Assembly (NCBI GenBank): GCA_964016885.1
Contig: OZ024746.1
Location: 28,396,001-28,460,000 of the forward strand
Source of the DNA: Eledone cirrhosa
Lineage: Eukaryota
Direction: 5' to 3'
DNA length: 64,000 nt
Part shown: one piece after another, positions 58,040 through 64,000 of the stretch
How positions within the stretch are numbered: the first letter of the stretch is position 1
Layout: each line of letters begins with the position of its first letter
Program-made: the position numbers and the translations under genes
Notes under the pieces: model-generated
The model's input: the letters and a program-made list of their open reading frames with translations, nothing else
What the model was told of the DNA's origin: nothing
The model's database searches: none

Positions 58040-58403
58040 ACTTTGAACTCTGCTCTTTACGCCTTACATCCACTACGATTTTTATTACTCTCTGAACTCA
58101 CTCTCTCTACCTTTATATTCTTTTTCTCCCTTATCTCTCCTTATATTTAAACTTTTTCCTATGCAATTTATTTTCCTTATCCCCCCCCCCCCCTACTTCC
58201 TACCTTACCCTTTACATACCCACCTTTTTATTTATAGATATTTATTTCTGTGTGTATCTATGTGTTGTGTATATGTGTATATACGTATATATATATATAT
58301 ATATATATATATGTTTATGCAAAAGTTTTATTTAAATTGTTGGGATACAACAAGCAAATATTTGTATAACTGATATAAAGCACTCGAGAAGTATTTGGAG
58401 TAA

Positions 58404-58663
58404 ATATACGATATTAACAAATGGAAACTATATTTATAAAACCATATTTATTTTATTATACATATTTCAAGGATACCATGTTAAATTATGGTATGCCTTC
58501 ATCAGACAAAATACAATATATACCAGTTTTATAAATAAAACTGGTATATATTGTATTTTGTCTGATGAAGGCATACCATAATTTAACATGGTATCCTTGA
58601 AATATGTATAATAAAATAAATATGGTTTTATAAATATAGTTTCCATTTGTTAATATCGTATAT
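58404..58663. repeat. Palindrome with 129-bp arms and 2-nt spacer
   Basis: Position x mirrors 117067-x; no mismatch seen. Confidence 0.95.
58554..58618 (+). ncRNA. Type-I hammerhead ribozyme (mirror copy 58449-58513 -)
   Basis: tattttgt CTGATGA aggcataccat-aatttaac-atggtatcctt GAAA tatgta TA ataaaata. Confidence 0.82.
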
Positions 58664-58867
58664 ATATATGTATATATATATATGTGTGTATATAATTATA
58701 TATATCTGTATGTATATGTATGTGTATATATATATATGTGTGTGTGTGTTTATGTGTGTGTATTTTTATTAAGGTGGTGACGTAACTTTTTGTATAAATG
58801 TGTGTGTGTATATTAGTGTGTGTGTATATTAGTGTGTGAGTATGTATATGTGTATTTTTATATATAT

Positions 58868-59770
58868 ACTAGCATTAAAGCCCGGCGTTGCTCGGGGTCA
58901 TTAAGTTACCAAAGTTAGGTTGCACCACCCATTTTATGGCAGCACTTTTTTGTCTGCCAGGCACTGGGTGATTTAATTGCAGACCTGGAAGCATGAGCTG
59001 CGCCAGCAGTGACAATTGTAGTTTCGCCTATGGATATTATCTCTGTGCAAAAAAAGTGTTGAAATTTATTGTTTCACAGTACTTGCGCAACACGCGCGTA
59101 GATGATGCCAGCAGAACAACAGAGCTGCGATGGAGTTGTTCTGCATGGTTGTCTGTGTGTTTTCTAAATTTAAGACACTAGGGAGGGTTGTGATATGAGG
59201 GAGAGTTAGCTGTTGTTTCTAGCAGGTTTAGTGACCTCATAGAAAATATGTGTTTTCTAAATTTAAGACAGTAGGTAGTGGTGTGATATGGGGGAGAGTT
59301 AGCTGCTGTTTCTACCAGGTTTAGTGACCTCATAGAAGATATGTTTTCTAAATGTAAGACAGTAGGGAGGGGTGTGATTTGGGGGAGAGTTAGCTGCTGT
59401 TTCTAGCAGATTTAGTAACCTCATAGACGATATGTGTTTTCTAAATTTAAGACAGTAGGGAGTGGTGTGAACGGACAGTATCACCATCAAGCTTGGAAAG
59501 CGAAAGTAGCAGAAGTATGAAGTTGTATAGATTGTGAATGGTAGTAGAAAGAGTTCAGCAGTTTAAATGAGAGAGAAAAATCGTAAAATATTGAGTTTTA
59601 TCTATTTTTTGCGTAATTTTTGTTGAAATTGAAAGAATTATCTGCGTCAAGACGCAATCGAAGCTAGTTCGAATACCGAATTGTAAATTTCAATTGAAGA
59701 AATTCTATATCGTAGATTTCTATAACGAAGGAGCATGACCACACACTGAGCTTTATAGATTATGATATAT
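58868..59770 (+). mobile_element. Non-autonomous Helitron/Helentron-like element
   Basis: Starts ACTAG...cccggcgttgctcgggg hairpin; similar starts at ~14017 and ~36681. Confidence 0.4.
59156..59470 (+). repeat. Minisatellite, 91-93 bp unit, ~3.4 copies
   Basis: ctaaat recurs at 59164, 59257, 59348, 59441. Confidence 0.9.
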
Positions 59771-59820
59771 ATATATAATAGCCGTCGAAATGGCTTGAAC
59801 TCTGCCGTGGGGGCATACTT

Positions 59821-59882
<62 letters not shown>

Positions 59883-59905
59883 GTGTGTGTGTGTATTTGT
59901 ATGGT

Positions 59906-59964
<59 letters not shown>

Positions 59965-60213
59965 ATGCATAATTACATACAGAGTGATTTAATGTTTATT
60001 TTCATTGATTATTTGCTCCAGGAACTTGTTGAGTGCTCTAAATCAGCTATAAACATTTATACCTTTATCTATTTATTTATTTATGATTTATCGTATTCCC
60101 AACTATTTGTTTACCCCTTCCACCTTTTTATTTTTATATATATATATATAATATTTATGTATTTTCTTATATATATATATATATGTATATATATATTTAT
60201 ATATATATATATT

Positions 60214-60309
<96 letters not shown>

Positions 60310-60312
<3 letters not shown>

Positions 60313-60570
60313 TTTTAATAACCATAAATTCTCTTTTACGCATTTAAACAAAAAATCTTCAACTTCTCTATCTAGCTTATTATGGGACCTTAAATTAAAG
60401 AACGTTAAATATTCGTTACTTTGGAATATTATTTGAAAAGCTACTCCATTTAACTCCTTTTCCGAAAATTGCGATCTTTATATAGAGGAAATATTCTTTA
60501 TATTAAAAAGCAAAAATTCTCTGAACGTAAGAAGCAATCTTTTCTCTTTTCAGTTGCTGCAAACATAGAT
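60310..60570 (+). pseudogene. Second Nematis-like PLE endonuclease remnant
   Basis: [38 protein letters not shown] parallels 57730-58000. Confidence 0.7.
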
Positions 60571-61547
60571 TGAATTCAACGTTTAAATATAAATTTAAAA
60601 TGTAATATATAACTCATTCTACTAAATATATTGAACCTATCGATACATTATTAGATTCCTTCATTTGACTGCTTAAAATTCTCATTATAAATGTTTTCCT
60701 AGAAAATCTTTCTAGATAAACATACTGAAAGCTCTTAAAAGGGAGAAAATATTTTCTTTGAAAGTTTCTCCTATTTTTGAAAGTTTCTCTTTTTTGAAAG
60801 TTTCTCTTTCTTTGTCTTTGAAAATTTCTCATATGGTTATAAACAAACTTAAGTTAAACATACTGAGAGTTAAATATTATATTAAAAAATTTTAATTCAT
60901 TTTTATACTGAATTTTTAGACATATTCTTATTTTTAAAATTATATCTTAAAATATTTTAAAATAATTTTAAAAATTATATTGCTTTAAAGTTATATTGCT
61001 TAAAATTGTATGAGTATATTTCCAAATCGTAATTCCTTTTAAAACTTTAATTCATTTTTATTTTATTTTATATATTATGTACTTTAACTATATTATGTAC
61101 TTTATATTTATCTCTCTCTCTATATATATATGTATGATGCATGTCTACCTGTATGTGTATCTATATATATATATGTATCTATGTAGGTGTTGTGTATATG
61201 TATATATATACATACAATTTGAATGCACTCTGTTATAAAGGATTTCTTACGGTTTATGCTAAACAAACTTATATAATAACAGTCACAACTACATAACAGG
61301 TGGATTTATGAGATATAAAATTTATAAAATTTATAAAATTATAACTTACTATTAAATAATATAAGGTTTGTATAATCTTAAATTTCCTTTATTATCTTAA
61401 CATTTATAACATTTAATATAAGCAAATAACTTAATTTCCTTCACGCTGTTTTGCTGTTACATAGAAATGTTTTTTCTCCGATTTCTCCGAAAAATCTATA
61501 AGTTTAGAAAAATTCCTATATCTTAAACATAAAAAAATCTTTTATTG

Positions 61548-61616
<69 letters not shown>

Positions 61617-62166
61617 ATATATATATGAATATATTCTTTTAATAATATATAGACTCAATTTTAATGAATAGATCTCAATAATTTAATTGATAATTTAATT
61701 GATAAACTAAACATTTAATCATATTTAAACATTGGATAAAATTCTCCAGTTATTATTTATTTATTTTCTATTCACGCTTATTTACTCTTCCTAACTCATC
61801 CAATAAATATTTATTTTTTCACTTCATCTTAAAATATACGCTAATACAACAACCTATCACTTAGGGCTTTCCCTTTCTCTCTCTCTCTTTCTCTTTCTTT
61901 TTCTTTTTTCTTCTCTTTCTCTTTCTCTTTCTCTTGAGTTCTTATTCTCCTCTTAGAGTTTGCTCTTTTTTCTCTTTTTCTTTTCTTTCCCTTTTTCCAT
62001 ACCCAAACGACTTATTTTAAATCTACTGTGATTTAAACATATCCGACACTAATTTGCATAACAGACTAAATAAATTTAATAACCCCACTATCCGGGAGCT
62101 TCCAACAGAAATGGTCACATTCTTTAAGGGTATGTCAATATTTATTTATAAAACTGATCTATATTA

Positions 62167-62231
62167 TATTTTATCTGATGAAAGCGCACCATAATTTGAC
62201 TTGGTGTCCTTGAAATATGTATAATGAAATA
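62167..62231 (+). ncRNA. Hammerhead ribozyme, same family as 58554
   Basis: tattttat CTGATGA ..cacca..tggtgtcctt GAAA tatgta TA atgaaata; shared flanks. Confidence 0.75.
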
Positions 62232-62275
62232 AATATGGTTTTATAAATATAGTTTCCATTTGTTAATATATCGTA

Positions 62276-62320
<45 letters not shown>

Positions 62321-63523
62321 GTGTGTATGTGTGTGTGTGTGTATGTATATATTTATATGTATGTATGTGTATGTGTAAATGTGTGTATTGCTTACCACGT
62401 GTGTTTGTTTATTTATTTGTCCTTTCTTGTATCGCTGTCAACTTTATAATAATTTTTATTTTCTTAAGTCGTATATTTTATTTTTATGTGACGGCCTATT
62501 GCATTATATATTTGTTCATTGTTTTTTATTTTTTCTTATAATTAATTGTGTGTGTGCGTATGTAGGTGTGTGTACATATATCTATATATGTGTGTGCGTA
62601 TGTATGCGTGTATATATGTGTGTATGTATGTGTGTATATATGTATGATTATGTCTGTATATATATATATATATATATAATGTGTGTGTGTGTGTGTGTGT
62701 GTGTGTTTGTCTATTTATGTGTATGTGTATCTATATTTTATACGATTGTGTGTATGTGGGTGAACGTATGTGTATAAGTACGTGTATATATATATATATA
62801 TGTATATGTATGTATGTGTGTGCATGCATATGTGTATATATATAGTCGCGTACGTACGTGTGCTTAGATATACGTGTGCCGATATATGTATATATATGTG
62901 TGGTTCGTGTGTATGTATGTACGTATGCATGTGCTTTTGCCTGTACGTATTCATATATATATTTTTTTTTTATATGTATGTGTGCGTACGTGCGAACCTA
63001 TGTTTGTTTTCTTTTTTTCTAGTGTTAATTTATAATTGATAACCCCTCCATCTTACTTTCTCTTTGATTTAAACAAAATTTATTTTTTCTCATATATTGT
63101 TTCATTTTCATATGTATCGAATATGACACTCTTTTTGACTAATACACTCCCTTCCCTTTTTATCTTCCGCATATAAATGATCGCGCGTGTGTGTTTATAC
63201 GCGTGCTTTCATACTTGTATGTGTATATATTTAATAACTAAATCTGGATGTACATTATTTGTCAACTTATATTATATACGTATTGGTCACACATACACTA
63301 TTATGCTTGCCCTCATATACGCACTTACGCACACACACATTTTCACTATACACATGCATTTGTACATACTCACATATGTACATTTGTGAGTGAATATAAA
63401 CACATTTATACACATACCCTAACTATATTTCCTTATTTTTTTATATATCTCTTGCTTTGTTTTTTTGCCCGTTAAACTCTTGCCTTTCTTGAGGAGATTT
63501 TTCAAATATTTCACTATGTTATA

Positions 63524-63601
63524 AATTGCCTTGTCCGATGAACGAATGAGGACGTTTTTCGTATTCGTCTTATTCGGGAAACCTCTGGTAATGAGGTAAT
63601 T
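63524..63601 (+). ncRNA. Hammerhead-like motif with U4C core (CCGAUGA)
   Basis: aattgccttgt CCGATGA acgaatgaggacg..cgtcttattcgg GAAA cctctgg TA atgaggtaatt. Confidence 0.7.
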
Positions 63602-63624
63602 ATATTGTATTGTTTATTATACAT

Positions 63625-63659
<35 letters not shown>

Positions 63660-63817
63660 ATGTATATGTGTGTGTTCGTGTGTGTGTGTGTGTGCATGCG
63701 TGTTTATCTACTTTTATATTTATTCTTTTTCCTTTCCTTCTTCCTTTTCCAACCTCACTTTCATATAGATTATAATTTTGTTTTTAAAATCCACTGTCAA
63801 TAAATACACCAGGATTT

Positions 63818-63878
63818 TTTCATTCTGATGACTGAAAGCAAATTTTGTTTGCTTTCAAGAAACCACTGGTAAATGAAA
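63818..63878 (+). ncRNA. Type-I hammerhead ribozyme
   Basis: tttcatt CTGATGA c tgaaagcaaa..tttgctttca a GAAA ccactgg TA aatgaaa. Confidence 0.82.
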
Positions 63879-64000
63879 TAATTATCTTATGTTGTTTATT
63901 ACATAACTTATAAGCTCTGTAACCTACATTGAGCACTCTTTTTTCCTGGACCTTTCCGACGGAATTACTTCACATATATATATATATATATATATATATA

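Overview
AT-rich animal non-genic DNA, probably octopod cephalopod (inferred from SINE families and extreme (TA)n/(CA)n content). No host gene is supported, and most ORF-track entries are microsatellite translations. Real content: (1) an intact Penelope-like element (PLE; RT + GIY-YIG, ~27965-32170) with a 929-bp inverted pseudo-LTR and a hammerhead ribozyme (HHR) in each arm; (2) about a dozen further type-I HHR motifs from several unrelated families, including U3:A8 and U4C core variants, on short islands in (TA)n tracts, many as fold-back palindromes; (3) a 14.7-kb nest of four non-LTR retrotransposons at one (ATT/AAT)n locus: two Tx1/L1-clade (+) and two R4/Dong-clade (-), one with an intact 1130-aa ORF; (4) tRNA-derived SINEs whose 3' end resembles the Tx1 3' end, plus LINE, PLE and MITE remnants; (5) a 200-N gap flanked by a ~3.6-kb near-identical duplication, probably an assembly artefact. 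All structures were read by eye; nothing was computed or searched.
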